A DNA stretch of 64,000 bases from an uncultured Clostridium sp. (GTDB taxonomy: Bacteria; Bacillota; Clostridia; TANB77; CAG-508). Positions 1 to 10,396 of the stretch are shown here, one piece after another. A model generated the notes under the pieces. The model was not told the origin of the DNA. It did not search any database and worked only from the letters and a program-made list of their open reading frames with translations. Position numbers and translations under genes: made by a program. Position 1 is the first letter of the stretch. Each line of letters opens with the position of its first letter. The stretch lies in contig CANTGH010000001.1 in NCBI GenBank assembly GCA_947653235.1, positions 247,191-311,190 of the forward strand. Direction: 5' to 3'.

Positions 1-19
1 TTATTTTCCTCCTTCCTTT

Positions 20-655
20 CTATTTACTTTGCTTTACGCTCGTCTTTATTTTTAAGATGCTACCTTTATTTCCAGGAACACTTCCCTTCACTAAAATCGC
101 ATTTTTATCTAAATCTACTCGAACAATGGTAAGATTTTGAATGGTCACGGTATCAACACCCATGTGACCTGGTAATTTCTTGCCTTTGAAAACTCTACCT
201 GGCGTTGAAGTTGATCCCATTGAACCTGGTCTTCTGTGATACATCGAACCATGTCCCATTGGTCCTCTGGATTGTCCATGACGTTTGATAACACCTTGGA
301 ACCCTTTTCCCTTTGTAATCCCTTGAATATCAACTGTTTCTCCTGCTTCAAATGTATCTACCTTGATTTCATCTCCTACTTTTACAGCCGATACATCTTC
401 TAACTTAAATTCTCTTAGATGTTTCATTGGCTTTACACTTGCTTTGCTAAAATGTCCTTTAGTTGGTTTGTTTACTTTGCTTTCTTTGACTTCTCCAAAA
501 CCTAATTGAACTGCATCATAACCATCTGTTTCAACTGTTTTTATTTGAACAACTGAACATGGTCCACATTCAATTACTGTTACTGGAATAACTACGCCTG
601 TTTCATCAAAGATTTGAGTCATACCAACTTTTCTTCCTATTATTGCTTTTTTCAT
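20..655 (-). CDS. rplC: 50S ribosomal protein L3
   Basis: 211-aa ORF starting [18 protein letters not shown] with the typical L3 Gly/His-rich C-terminal half. It directly follows rpsJ. Confidence 0.95.
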   Translation of the reverse strand: MKKAIIGRKVGMTQIFDETGVVIPVTVIECGPCSVVQIKTVETDGYDAVQLGFGEVKESKVNKPTKGHFSKASVKPMKHLREFKLEDVSAVKVGDEIKVDTFEAGETVDIQGITKGKGFQGVIKRHGQSRGPMGHGSMYHRRPGSMGSTSTPGRVFKGKKLPGHMGVDTVTIQNLTIVRVDLDKNAILVKGSVPGNKGSILKIKTSVKQSK

Positions 656-729
656 TTTTATTTCCTCCTAAATTTCTATTGGCTGAATTTTCATTCAGCA
701 TGGCCTTTTAGGCTATTTTTTTAAGTAAG

Positions 730-1056
730 TTAAAACTTAATTTCAATATCAACACCTGCTGGTAATTCTAATTTGGTTAGATTATCAACAGTTTTTTGCG
801 TTGGATAAAGAATATCAATTACTCTTTTATGGGTTCTCATTTCAAATTGTTCTCTGGAATCTTTGTGTTTGTGTGGAGAACGTAAAATTGTTATGATTTC
901 TTTTTCAGTTGGAAGCGGAATTGGACCTGATACTTTTGCTCCTGTTCTTTTAGCAGTTTCTACTATTTTTTCAGCAGACTGTTCTAAAACGACATGATCA
1001 TAAGCTTTTAGTCGAATTCTAATTTTGTCACTTCCTATTTTGTTTGATGTTGCCAT
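730..1056 (-). CDS. rpsJ: 30S ribosomal protein S10
   Basis: 108-aa ORF with the S10 motifs [18 protein letters not shown] and [11 protein letters not shown]. Confidence 0.92.
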   Translation of the reverse strand: MATSNKIGSDKIRIRLKAYDHVVLEQSAEKIVETAKRTGAKVSGPIPLPTEKEIITILRSPHKHKDSREQFEMRTHKRVIDILYPTQKTVDNLTKLELPAGVDIEIKF

Positions 1057-1384
1057 TTTTTTCCCTCCTTTTTAAATTCTACGAAAAAGTTGAAAAACAT
1101 TCTTTGATAAGGGTTTTCAACCTTTTTTGATTACGATAACGGCAAGTTATTAACGTATCCGAGTGTTTTCTTTTTCACCTTTTTAAATCCAAGTTATTTT
1201 TATTTTTTCTTAAAAATTCCCTTGGATAAGTTTTTCCCAAAAATACGTTTATCAAACTTATCGCCTGGTCTAAGCCACGACATACTCTGCAAGAGTTCCC
1301 TCCGCTTAAATAAAGTAAACAAAATTTCTCTTTATTTTACGTAGCCACATCTTGCTTCATCGCAAATCTACACGCAGTTGATAT

Positions 1385-1415
1385 TATACTATGGATTGGT
1401 AGGATTTGTCAATAC
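1385..1415 (-). promoter_or_regulatory. sigma-A-like promoter (TTGACA-N18-TATAAT) about 330 nt upstream of rpsJ, i.e. a long S10 leader
   Basis: On the minus strand: TTGACAaatcctaccaatccatagTATAAT. A second candidate is TTGACA-N17-TAAAAT near 1518-1546. Confidence 0.4.
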
Positions 1416-1480
1416 TTTTTTTTACTTTTATGAAATTTTTATTTTTCGTTTCAAAAATCCTATTTTTATTAAAAATAACA

Positions 1481-1524
1481 AAAAAAGACCGAGCTTAATA
1501 AAAGTTCGGTCTTTTCTTTATTTT
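1481..1524. terminator. bidirectional rho-independent terminator downstream of the M23 peptidase gene
   Basis: Hairpin AGACCGAG-loop-TCGGTCT flanked by A-run and T-run. A closely similar hairpin recurs at 31495-31537. Confidence 0.55.
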
Positions 1525-1579
1525 AACATATTTACGTAACTTTGTCAATAATCTGCTAGTAATTTTTATAACCTATTTT

Positions 1580-2398
1580 CTATTTTAAATAGATTGTCGG
1601 ATTAACTGTTACACCTTCTTTATACATTTCAAAATGCAAATGACATTCATCTGCTACCTCAAAACTTGCAGTTTCTCCAACTGTTGCAATTGTTTGTCCT
1701 TTTTCTACTTGTTCTCCTTCTTTGACGAATTCTGTTGTTAAAAGATTAGAATACATCGTTTTAAATCCATTTCCATGTGAGATGATGATCGTAAGACCAT
1801 ATCTTGGATCGTTTTTGATACTCTCAACGGTTCCTTTTTCTGCACTTGCTACAACAGAAGCTTTTTCTGCTTTAATATCAATTCCACTATGTGTACACCA
1901 TTCATCTAATGTTTCTGAATAGACAAGGGTTTCCATTGCATAATCCTTTATAATTTCTCCTGCCACAGGTGCTTGGAATTCAACCTTTTCTTCTGTTCCT
2001 TTTGGCGTGTTGTCCTCATTTTGTTCGGTTTGAGGTGTTTGTTCAGTTTTTTCCTCTTTTACTACTGGAGAAACTGGTTCTTTATTTTCTGGTAATTTGA
2101 CTGTATCGTCAGCTACATTTTGCGTTTCTAATTCAACTTGTACACTATTGTTTTCCGTTTCATTATTTGGTATTGTTTTGTCTGATGAATAACTTGCCTC
2201 TTCTAATTCTTCATTAGAAACAATATTTTCATTTTGCTCTGTTAAAGCTAGCAAATTAGCTTGTGCCTCATCGTTTAATTTTTTACTATACATCACAAAA
2301 ACAGTTACAAAAGCAACCACCGACAAAACGACTGCACCTGCAAATGTCATAATCATCTTTTTTCTTTTTTCTTCTTCAAAAAAATCTCTTCTACCCAT
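1580..2398 (-). CDS. M23 family metallopeptidase with N-terminal membrane anchor
   Basis: 272 aa. There is an N-terminal TM helix and a C-terminal LytM/M23 signature (HLHFEM...VNP). Confidence 0.75.
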   Translation of the reverse strand: MGRRDFFEEEKRKKMIMTFAGAVVLSVVAFVTVFVMYSKKLNDEAQANLLALTEQNENIVSNEELEEASYSSDKTIPNNETENNSVQVELETQNVADDTVKLPENKEPVSPVVKEEKTEQTPQTEQNEDNTPKGTEEKVEFQAPVAGEIIKDYAMETLVYSETLDEWCTHSGIDIKAEKASVVASAEKGTVESIKNDPRYGLTIIISHGNGFKTMYSNLLTTEFVKEGEQVEKGQTIATVGETASFEVADECHLHFEMYKEGVTVNPTIYLK

Positions 2399-2515
2399 AT
2401 AAAATCAATTCCTTTCGTTTTTTATAATGGTAGTATCTTCATTTTTCTGAAAAATATGCAAAAATAAAATTTTATTTTTCTATTAATTTATTTTAGACAA
2501 ATCGTGTTGTTTTTC

Positions 2516-3658
2516 CTACAAATTAATAACTTGTTCCCAAGGCAAATCTGGTTTTCCAAAATGCCCATAATTGGTGGTTTTTCGATAAATTGGTTTACGC
2601 AAATTCAGTGTGTTCATAATGCCTCTTGGTGTCAAATCAAATGTTTTTTCAATCTTTTCGATGATTTCCTCTTCTGGAATTGTAGCTGTTCCAAAAGTAT
2701 CCACCAAAATAGAAACTGGTTTGGCAACACCAATCGCATAAGAAAGCTGAATTTCACATTTTTTCGCATAGCCATTTGCTACGACATTTTTAGCAACAAA
2801 TCTTGCCATATAACAAGCACTACGATCTACTTTGGTAGGATCTTTTCCCGAAAACGCACCACCACCGTGACGACTATATCCGCCATAAGTATCCACAATA
2901 ATTTTTCTTCCTGTTAATCCACTATCTCCCAAAGGTCCACCAATGACAAATCGTCCTGTTGGATTAATATAATATTTTGTGTTTTCATCTAATAATTCTT
3001 CTGGCACAATCGCCTCAATAACTTTTTCTTTGACATCTTTTTTCAAAACCGTCAAATCCGTGTCTTGCGTATGTTGTGTCGATACCACAATCGTATCTAC
3101 ACGAACTGGCTTATCGTCTTCATATTCTACAGTAACTTGCACTTTACCATCTGGTCTTATGTAATCCATTATGCCCTGTTTTCTAACTTCTGTCAATCTT
3201 TTTGATAATTTGTGAGCTAAATCAATTGGCATTGGCATAAAATCTGCTGTTTCATCTGTGGCAAAGCCAAACATCATGCCTTGATCACCTGCACCTTCTG
3301 ATTCTATCTTTTCTCCTTCTTTGTCTTCATATGACTTATCCACACCTAGTGCAATATCTGGGGATTGCTTTGAAATATTAATCAAAACCTTACATGTTGC
3401 ATAATCAATATCCACTTCCTTTTCATGATATCCCACTTCTTTGATGGCATCCCTTACCACTTTTTCTAAATCCACTTCTGCAATAGATGTAATTTCTCCT
3501 GTTAACAAAATTTGCCCTTTCCCAGCAACCGTTTCACAAGCCACTCTTGCATAAGGGTCTTTTTCAAAATAGCTATCTAAAACACTATCGGATATAAAAT
3601 CACATAATTTGTCTGGATGCCCCTCTGTTACACTTTCTGACGTAAATAATTTTTTCAT
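2516..3658 (-). CDS. metK: S-adenosylmethionine synthetase
   Basis: 380 aa with the [13 protein letters not shown]-terminus and MetK motifs throughout. Confidence 0.95.
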   Translation of the reverse strand: MKKLFTSESVTEGHPDKLCDFISDSVLDSYFEKDPYARVACETVAGKGQILLTGEITSIAEVDLEKVVRDAIKEVGYHEKEVDIDYATCKVLINISKQSPDIALGVDKSYEDKEGEKIESEGAGDQGMMFGFATDETADFMPMPIDLAHKLSKRLTEVRKQGIMDYIRPDGKVQVTVEYEDDKPVRVDTIVVSTQHTQDTDLTVLKKDVKEKVIEAIVPEELLDENTKYYINPTGRFVIGGPLGDSGLTGRKIIVDTYGGYSRHGGGAFSGKDPTKVDRSACYMARFVAKNVVANGYAKKCEIQLSYAIGVAKPVSILVDTFGTATIPEEEIIEKIEKTFDLTPRGIMNTLNLRKPIYRKTTNYGHFGKPDLPWEQVINL

Positions 3659-3694
3659 TTTAAACTTCCTTTCTTGGTTTGATTTATGTTACAA

Positions 3695-3852
3695 GATTTT
3701 TGGCAAAAAAACCTTTGCAAAATGCAAAGGTTAACATTTCGATTTTAAAAATCATCAGCCAAAGCATTGCTTTGTCGGTATTAGCACCTTAAAAATTCAG
3801 GTTGCTGTGGAGTCATAAAGCCGATTCTCTCGTCCACTCTTGATAACATATT
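3695..3852 (-). promoter_or_regulatory. SAM-I (S-box) riboswitch with expression-platform terminator in the metK leader
   Basis: The minus-strand RNA reads TTATCAAGAGTGGACGAGAGAATCGGC...CCACAGCAACC...AAGGTGCTAATACCGACAAAG, which contains the S-box hallmarks. It is followed by the hairpin AACCTTTGCAttttGCAAAGGTT plus a T-run, immediately 5' of metK. Confidence 0.8.
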
Positions 3853-3857
3853 TTTGT

Positions 3858-3890
3858 TATTTTATAATTTTTTAGATAGCTTGTCAATAG
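3858..3890 (-). promoter_or_regulatory. candidate promoter for the S-box-metK transcript
   Basis: TTGACAagctatctaaaaaat-TATAAA on the minus strand just upstream of the riboswitch. Confidence 0.4.
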
Positions 3891-4004
3891 TTCCTAAATA
3901 AAAAATTAGCTTTTTTCTATTTACTACTGTAATTAAACAAATAGAATGTTATAATCCTGATACTTTATTTTATCGAATTGCTATTATTCAAAAGCAAAAT
4001 TTCC

Positions 4005-4044
4005 CTAATAAAACATAAAAACACAGCCTTTCTAAAGGCTGTGT
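4005..4044 (-). terminator. rho-independent terminator (minus strand)
   Basis: AACACAGCCTTT-agaa-AAGGCTGTGTT followed by TTTTATGTTTT on the minus strand. It is the only terminator downstream of polA and also ends the short transcript from repeat copy A. Confidence 0.6.
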
Positions 4045-4130
4045 TGCGATTATGTCGCAAAATAGCAAACGAAAGAAAAAACTAAAAAATCGGGATAATT
4101 TTTTGCTATTTTCGTAAAAAATCCTCTACC
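4045..4130 (-). ncRNA. candidate ~110-nt small RNA running from the copy-A promoter to the terminator
   Basis: A perfect extended -10 promoter at 4135-4163 is followed within ~100 nt by a strong terminator. The transcript contains an extended imperfect hairpin (CGAAAATAGCAAA ... TTTGCTATTTTGCG) and no ORF or RBS. Confidence 0.3.
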
Positions 4131-4212
4131 TTTTATTATATCACATTTACGTTAATTTGTCAACTTGACTTTTTGTAAAAACCTGCTCTCACTTGATTTT
4201 ACTCTGGTTTTT
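4126..4212 (-). repeat. conserved promoter-bearing repeat, copy A (TTGACA-N17-TGATATAAT)
   Basis: It shares about 90 bp with copies at 38445-38530 and 50045-50130. This includes the upstream block CAGTAAAAnCAAGTGAGAGCA, the palindrome GTCAAnTTGAC over the -35, and the transcribed start GGT(A/G)AGGnTATTTTT. Confidence 0.5.
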
Positions 4213-4220
4213 GGCTTTTT

Positions 4221-6908
4221 TTATTTTGTTTCAAACCAATTTTGTCCTTCCTGCAAATCTACTTCTAAATCAACTAACAAGTTCGCTGCTTTTTGCATAC
4301 AAGTTTTCAAAATTTGGCTGACTTCCTCTTTTTCCCTTTCTAATGCTTCTATAATCAATTCGTCATGAATTTGCAGTACCATTTTAGATTGCAACTTTCG
4401 TTTTTTTAGTTCTCGGTAGACATCAATCATCGCAATTTTCATAATATCTGCTGCGGTTCCTTGAATGGGTGCATTCATAGCCGCTCTATCTCCGAATTTA
4501 CGAACCATATAATTATTGGAACTGATTTCTGGAATGTATCTCCTGCGATGAAACATTGTCTCTACATAGCCATTTTGCTTTGCTTTTTCAATTTCTTGCT
4601 CCATAAATTTTCCAATTCCATGATATTGCTCTAAATAAGAATCAATATATTGTTTTGCTTCTTTTCTACTAATTCCTAGCTGTTCTGCCAACCCAAAATC
4701 ACTGATACCATATACAATACCAAAATTGACTGCTTTGGCATGACTTCTCATTTCCTTTGTCACTTCTTCAACTGGAACACCAAATACTTGCGAAGCACAA
4801 ATTTGATGAATATCATGATGTGCTGTAAATGCCTTTATCATCCCTTCATCTTGCGACATATGAGCCAAAATGCGAAGCTCAATTTGAGAATAATCCGCAT
4901 CTAAAAAAACTTTGCCTTTTTCAGCTTTAAATAATTTTCGAATTTGTTTTCCTAAGTCTGTTCTTGTTGGAATATTTTGCAAATTCGGATCCGTACTGCT
5001 AAGTCTTCCAGTTGCTGCAACAGTTTGGTGAAATGTTGTATGAATACGGTTCGTTTTTGGATTAATATAGGGTAACATGCCTTCGACAAATGTCGAATTT
5101 AATTTTGAAACTTGCCTGTAAAACAAGACTTTTTCAATTATTGGATGTGTATTTCTCAATTTTTCTAAAGTGTCAACATCTGTTGAATATCCATTTTTGT
5201 TTTTCTTTTTATATGGCAATTCTAGTTTTTCAAATAAAATTTCGCCTAACTGTTTGGGTGAATTGATATTAAATTCTTGACCAGCTAATTCATAAATTTC
5301 ATGACTTAATCCTTGAATCTGCTTTTTCAATTCTTGTGACATTTTTTCAATGTCGTCTTTATCTACTAAAACACCTGTATAACGCATTTGTGCTAGAATT
5401 TCTGCACTTGGCATTTCAATATTTCGAAATAAATCTAATTGTTTTACTTCTTTTAATTTTTGCTCTAAAATCAGCTTTGTTTCTCCGATTATGTAACAAT
5501 ACATAGCATATTTATAATCTGTTTTTTCTTCTTGAATTTCTTGATCAAAAAAGCTAGTTTGTATATCTTCTTTTGGTTCTTGCTGATAATAATCTTCTAT
5601 TTCTAGGTTTAACTGTTGTTTTGCAATTTCCTCTAAAGAATACAAATTGGATCCAGAATTTAATAAATACATAGCAATTTTGGCATCAAACATCATATTT
5701 TGCGGATTTAGTCCAGCTTGTTTTAATAAGATAAAATCCTCTTTTATTTCATATCCACATTTTAAAATTTCATTATTTTCAAAAATTGGTTTAAAAATTT
5801 CATTATCAAACGGAACACAATATACTTTTTTTTCAGATTTTAAGTAAAGATTTATTGTTTCAATTTTCTTTTTTATGATGAAAGCATCTGGATCCTCTAT
5901 CAATTCGAAATAATAGTATATTTCTTTTTGTTCATAAATTTTATCTAGTATTGACTGGGGTTGATTAGTAGGAATATAAATAAATAAATCTTCAAGCTTT
6001 TTAGTTGGCTCATTTTCTTCACTTTCTAACTGAAAACGTTCGATAAAGCGCTTAAATCGTAATTCTCTGAATAATTCTAAAACCGCAGGCTTATTCCAAT
6101 CTTGCACTTGAAAGGTAGCTAAATCTTTTTCAATGGGTGCTTTTTTATCAATGGTGCCAAGTGTTCTGGAAAGATAGGCTAATTCTTTATTTTCTAATAA
6201 TTTTTCTTTTTGTTTTCCTTTGATTTGTGTATCACCATTCTCAATAGCTTCATATAATTGGTCAATATTTTTGTATTTTTGTATTAGGTTTAAAGCCGTC
6301 TTTTCGCCAATTCCAGGTACACCAGGGATATTGTCTGAGGCATCTCCCATTAATCCTTTAACTTCGATTAATTGTTCTGGTATAATACCATAAGTTTCGA
6401 AAATTTTATTGGCGTCAAAATCTTCCGTTTCTGTTTTTCCTTGTTTGGTTCTAGGAATACGAATAATAACTGTATCTTTCGCCAGCTGAAATGAATCTCT
6501 ATCACCTGTTAGCAAAATAACTTTTAACCCTTGCTGTGCTCCCCAATCACTTAATGTTCCTAAAATATCATCTGCCTCATAACCTGATTTTTCAATGATT
6601 TTTAAGTTCATCGCCTCTAACACTTTTTTTATAATTGGCATTTGAGCCGCTAATTCATCTGGCATTCCTTTACGTGTTCCTTTGTACTGACTGTACATTT
6701 CATGCCTCTTGGTTGGTGATTTTACATCAAAGGCAACAACCAAATATTCTGGTTTTTCATCTTCTAAAATACGAAACAAAATCGTCAAAAAACCATAAAC
6801 TGCATTGGTATAAGTTCCATCTGCTGTCTGTAGCATTTTACTTCCCATGATGCCATAAAAAGCTCGATTTAAAATACTATTCCCATCAATTACAATCAAT
6901 TTCTCCAA
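4221..6908 (-). CDS. polA: DNA polymerase I
   Basis: 895 aa. It has an N-terminal 5'-3' exonuclease domain and a C-terminal polymerase domain (RRxAKAVNFGIVYGISDFGL, VLQIHDELIIE). Confidence 0.95.
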   Translation of the reverse strand: MEKLIVIDGNSILNRAFYGIMGSKMLQTADGTYTNAVYGFLTILFRILEDEKPEYLVVAFDVKSPTKRHEMYSQYKGTRKGMPDELAAQMPIIKKVLEAMNLKIIEKSGYEADDILGTLSDWGAQQGLKVILLTGDRDSFQLAKDTVIIRIPRTKQGKTETEDFDANKIFETYGIIPEQLIEVKGLMGDASDNIPGVPGIGEKTALNLIQKYKNIDQLYEAIENGDTQIKGKQKEKLLENKELAYLSRTLGTIDKKAPIEKDLATFQVQDWNKPAVLELFRELRFKRFIERFQLESEENEPTKKLEDLFIYIPTNQPQSILDKIYEQKEIYYYFELIEDPDAFIIKKKIETINLYLKSEKKVYCVPFDNEIFKPIFENNEILKCGYEIKEDFILLKQAGLNPQNMMFDAKIAMYLLNSGSNLYSLEEIAKQQLNLEIEDYYQQEPKEDIQTSFFDQEIQEEKTDYKYAMYCYIIGETKLILEQKLKEVKQLDLFRNIEMPSAEILAQMRYTGVLVDKDDIEKMSQELKKQIQGLSHEIYELAGQEFNINSPKQLGEILFEKLELPYKKKNKNGYSTDVDTLEKLRNTHPIIEKVLFYRQVSKLNSTFVEGMLPYINPKTNRIHTTFHQTVAATGRLSSTDPNLQNIPTRTDLGKQIRKLFKAEKGKVFLDADYSQIELRILAHMSQDEGMIKAFTAHHDIHQICASQVFGVPVEEVTKEMRSHAKAVNFGIVYGISDFGLAEQLGISRKEAKQYIDSYLEQYHGIGKFMEQEIEKAKQNGYVETMFHRRRYIPEISSNNYMVRKFGDRAAMNAPIQGTAADIMKIAMIDVYRELKKRKLQSKMVLQIHDELIIEALEREKEEVSQILKTCMQKAANLLVDLEVDLQEGQNWFETK

Positions 6909-6992
6909 GTGATAGCCTCCCTTTTTATTTTTGGTATAAATATTATTGTGAACATCTTATCATTTTTTAGTCTAAATAGCAACCTTATTTGA

Positions 6993-7033
6993 TAATAAAA
7001 AACAGATTAACTATTTTTATTCGTTAATCTGCT
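6993..7033 (-). terminator. rho-independent terminator after the GH25 gene
   Basis: Hairpin AACAGATTAAC-loop-GTTAATCTGCTT followed by a T-run on the minus strand. Confidence 0.6.
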
Positions 7034-7048
7034 TAAACTTTAAATTTT

Positions 7049-8836
7049 CTAATTCGCTTTTCTGCCTTCCTTTCTTCCGAACATCATGTAATGTTCCAAA
7101 GCTCTTGAAAAATTAGAACCAAACTCGGCTTGTAAATCACCGTGATAACTTATATATTTTTGCACATTAAATGTGCTACTCGCTTGTCTTCCTTCATGAA
7201 TTCCGTTATTGACAAAATGGTTAAAGGCAGCTACATAATCTGAACTAAATGCTCTTTTCAAATCCGCATATTTCTCTAAATAATACTCTGGATCAAACAC
7301 AGGACTAGCACTGCGCCCTTCTCGTTTCCCACAAGCTTCATAATGTTCTTTTAAAGCCACTGCATTATTTCCAAAAGCTTGCTTTAAATCATTGTATTTG
7401 TTTGCATAATAATCAGCATCAAACAAATCATTGGCAATATTGATTGGTGGATCATTGATTGGTTGTCCACCTTCTGCTAACGCATAATATTTTATGTACT
7501 CTGTACCCAATCTTTTTTTAACATAACTACTTTGTGAATTGGCGTAATTTCTTACATTAAAATCTTTACTTCCTTGTCTTCCTTCTAAAGCACCAAATTG
7601 TACAAAATGGGACAAAGCACCTGTTTTACTAGCATAACAAGCTTTTTTCACATCTTCATTCTGATCCAAATAATAATTTACCAAAAAATATTTACTACCT
7701 TGTCTTCCTTCATAAATTCCATTGTTGACAAAATGATTAAAAGCTGCTACATAATCCGTTCGGAAAGCTTGTTTTAAATCCGCATATTGGTTGATATAAT
7801 AGATAGGATCAAAAGCTGGTGATGCACTACGACCTTCTCGTCTTCCGCAAGATTCATAATGTTTTTTTAACGCCGATGCATTGTTGCCAAACGTTGCCTT
7901 TAAATCTGGATAACGATTCGCATAATAAGTCGCATTAAACAAACATTCTGCTACATTAGCATGATGGTAAGAACGATAATATTGATAATCAATATCGACA
8001 TCCACTGGTGTACCAATTCCTGGAACACTTCCTTTATCTGTACATTGCCACATGGTATAATGTCCACCATAAGTTGGTCTATCAACATAATAATGCGCTA
8101 CCCAAACATCGTAGGAAGAACGCAAACTTGGACTCCAAGTATTATTTAAATAATTTGTACTACCATACAAAGATGATTTATAACCTCTGCTATTGACATA
8201 ATCTAAAAATACTTTGGCATTCGCATTTAATTGTGCATGCGATAACCCATTGGTTCGATAATTAGGTACATTATTAAAATATTCAAAATCATAAGCAATT
8301 GGGAATTTGACATCATACCCTCTGATTAAATCTAGCGTAACTGCTGCTTCTTGAAGAGCTTCTGCTTCGTTTAATGCTGTTGAGAAAAAGTATACACCAA
8401 CATAAATTCCGTTTTCTAGTGCCCCTTTTATGTTAGCTTCAAATTTCGGATCAATCGCAATGTTTCCTTCTGCTGCATAGCCTCTAAAAGCACATCGAAT
8501 CATCGCAAATTTAACCCCCGAGTCAGCAACTGCTTTCCAATTGATATCTCCTTGAAAACGTGAAACATCAATTCCAACTGCTGTTGTTTCATTTTGATAA
8601 GTTGCTATCAAACTTCCTATACTATCTCCTGATGAGCTTGTCAGCGTGGATGATGTCATTAATAATTTGATGTATAATGGATCCTCTTCTTCGTTTGATG
8701 ATACACTAACATCTGGCATTGTCGTTGTAATTCCTTCATAGGTAACTGTTTCGTCACTTGAAGTCGCTAAACAATTAACAGATAAACCTAGTAAGAATAG
8801 TAAAAATACAAATAAAATTCTTTTCTGTAATTTCAT
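7049..8836 (-). CDS. secreted GH25 family muramidase (lysozyme) with C-terminal tandem repeat modules
   Basis: 595 aa with a signal peptide. The GH25 core reads VGIDVSRFQGDINW...GVYFF, followed by about six modules of ~44 aa. Confidence 0.8.
   Translation of the reverse strand: MKLQKRILFVFLLFLLGLSVNCLATSSDETVTYEGITTTMPDVSVSSNEEEDPLYIKLLMTSSTLTSSSGDSIGSLIATYQNETTAVGIDVSRFQGDINWKAVADSGVKFAMIRCAFRGYAAEGNIAIDPKFEANIKGALENGIYVGVYFFSTALNEAEALQEAAVTLDLIRGYDVKFPIAYDFEYFNNVPNYRTNGLSHAQLNANAKVFLDYVNSRGYKSSLYGSTNYLNNTWSPSLRSSYDVWVAHYYVDRPTYGGHYTMWQCTDKGSVPGIGTPVDVDIDYQYYRSYHHANVAECLFNATYYANRYPDLKATFGNNASALKKHYESCGRREGRSASPAFDPIYYINQYADLKQAFRTDYVAAFNHFVNNGIYEGRQGSKYFLVNYYLDQNEDVKKACYASKTGALSHFVQFGALEGRQGSKDFNVRNYANSQSSYVKKRLGTEYIKYYALAEGGQPINDPPINIANDLFDADYYANKYNDLKQAFGNNAVALKEHYEACGKREGRSASPVFDPEYYLEKYADLKRAFSSDYVAAFNHFVNNGIHEGRQASSTFNVQKYISYHGDLQAEFGSNFSRALEHYMMFGRKEGRKAN
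7052..7939 (-). repeat. intragenic tandem repeats (~130-bp units) encoding the Y-x-DLK-AFG-N-ALK-HYE-CG-REGR modules
   Basis: Protein-level repeats such as YYANRYPDLKATFGNNASALKKHYESCGRREGRSASP recur about six times. The repeats are also visible at the DNA level. Confidence 0.5.
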
Positions 8837-8959
8837 ATTATTTTCCTCCTTTTTTTATTATTTTTATTATATCACTTTGATTTTTGCATGTAAAGTTTTT
8901 TCATTTAATTGTAAAAAAAAGTAATCTTAAATTTACAATTGATTTATTATGTATATTTT

Positions 8960-10291
8960 TTAGCCATAGCGATATTTCTTTCGATTACCAATCAAAAATG
9001 CGTAGCTAACACCCAAAGCTAATATTTCAGCAATCACCACTGCCAGCCAAATTCCATTTAAGCCAAATAAAGCTGGTAATAAGAAAATCATAGCCACTTG
9101 GAATACTAACGTTCGTAAAAACGAAATCACAGCAGAAATCAAGCCATTATTCAGGGCCGTAAAGAAAGACGAACTAAAAATGTTAAACCCACTAATAAGG
9201 TAAGACATAGCAAATAAACGAATGGCTGTTGTCGTCATTTGTAACAATTCTGCATCATAGCTAACAAAAATCGAAGCCAATAAACGAGCTGATATTTCTG
9301 CCATTCCTGTCATCACAAGAGAAGTGACAGCCATTAGGCGAAAACTTTTTTTCAGCAAATTCTTGAGTTCCCCCGTATTTTCTGCCCCATAATGATACCC
9401 TACAATCGGTGCTGTTCCAATGGAATATCCCAAATAAGTTCCAACAAAAATAAAACCAACATACATAATAATCCCATATGCCACCACTCCATCCGATCCA
9501 GCATACTTCATAAGTTGCCTATTATACAATATATTGACAAGTGACATCGATATATTATTCAACATTTCCGAAGAACCATTGGTACAAGCCTGCCAAATCG
9601 CTTTTGCGTCAAATTTTGCCTTTCTTAATTGAAAAGGACTTTGATTTGGCATAATAAAATAAATGAGCGGAATACATCCTCCCACCAACTGGCTAATACC
9701 TGTTGCCAATGCGGCTCCCAATACCCCCATGTGACATACATACATAAATATAAAATCAAGCAACATATTCATCACACCTGTGATGATGGAAATCACCAAA
9801 CCAAACAGAGGTCTTTCAGCCACAATCAAAAAACTCTGGAAACAGTTTTGCAAAGCAAACGGAACCAAAAAAATAAGAATTGTCCTTCCATATGTTACGC
9901 AATCTTTTAGCATATCGTTATCAGCGCCTAGTTTTAATGAAATCGTTCTCATGAAAGGAAAACCAATCACCGAAAAAATTACGCTAATTAAGACAATTAA
10001 GTAAATTAACATAGAAAAATATTCATTCGCTTTTTCAGTTTTCCCTTCTCCTATTGTTTTTGAAATCAAAGCACTTCCACCTGTTCCAAACATAAAACCA
10101 ATGGTCCCTAAAATCATCAAAGCTGGCATGATTAAATTAACTGCTGCAAAAGCATCTGCCCCCACGCAATTGGCCACAAAAATTCCGTCGACCACACCAT
10201 AAATTGAGGTAAATATCATCATAATGATGGTTGGAATAGTAAATTTGATTAGTTTTGTATATGTAAAATGTTCTGATAATTGTATTTTCAT
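8960..10291 (-). CDS. MATE family efflux transporter
   Basis: 443 aa with about 12 TM segments and a MATE-type N-terminus (FTIPTIIMMIFTSIYGVVDGIFVANCVG). Confidence 0.8.
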   Translation of the reverse strand: MKIQLSEHFTYTKLIKFTIPTIIMMIFTSIYGVVDGIFVANCVGADAFAAVNLIMPALMILGTIGFMFGTGGSALISKTIGEGKTEKANEYFSMLIYLIVLISVIFSVIGFPFMRTISLKLGADNDMLKDCVTYGRTILIFLVPFALQNCFQSFLIVAERPLFGLVISIITGVMNMLLDFIFMYVCHMGVLGAALATGISQLVGGCIPLIYFIMPNQSPFQLRKAKFDAKAIWQACTNGSSEMLNNISMSLVNILYNRQLMKYAGSDGVVAYGIIMYVGFIFVGTYLGYSIGTAPIVGYHYGAENTGELKNLLKKSFRLMAVTSLVMTGMAEISARLLASIFVSYDAELLQMTTTAIRLFAMSYLISGFNIFSSSFFTALNNGLISAVISFLRTLVFQVAMIFLLPALFGLNGIWLAVVIAEILALGVSYAFLIGNRKKYRYG

Positions 10292-10396
10292 TTTTTCCTC
10301 CTTTTGTTATTATTCGATGAGCATCATTTTTCTCTTAATTTGTCATTTCTTTTTTCTAAACCAATATGACAACCTTTTATTCTGCCCCTTATTTTA

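Noticed and set aside
1057-1579. 27-codon ORF (MSWLRPGDKFDKRIFGKNLSKGIFKKK) in the long S10-operon leader
   Set aside because: The GGAGG is 15 nt from the ATG and there is no other support. It is more likely an untranslated leader.
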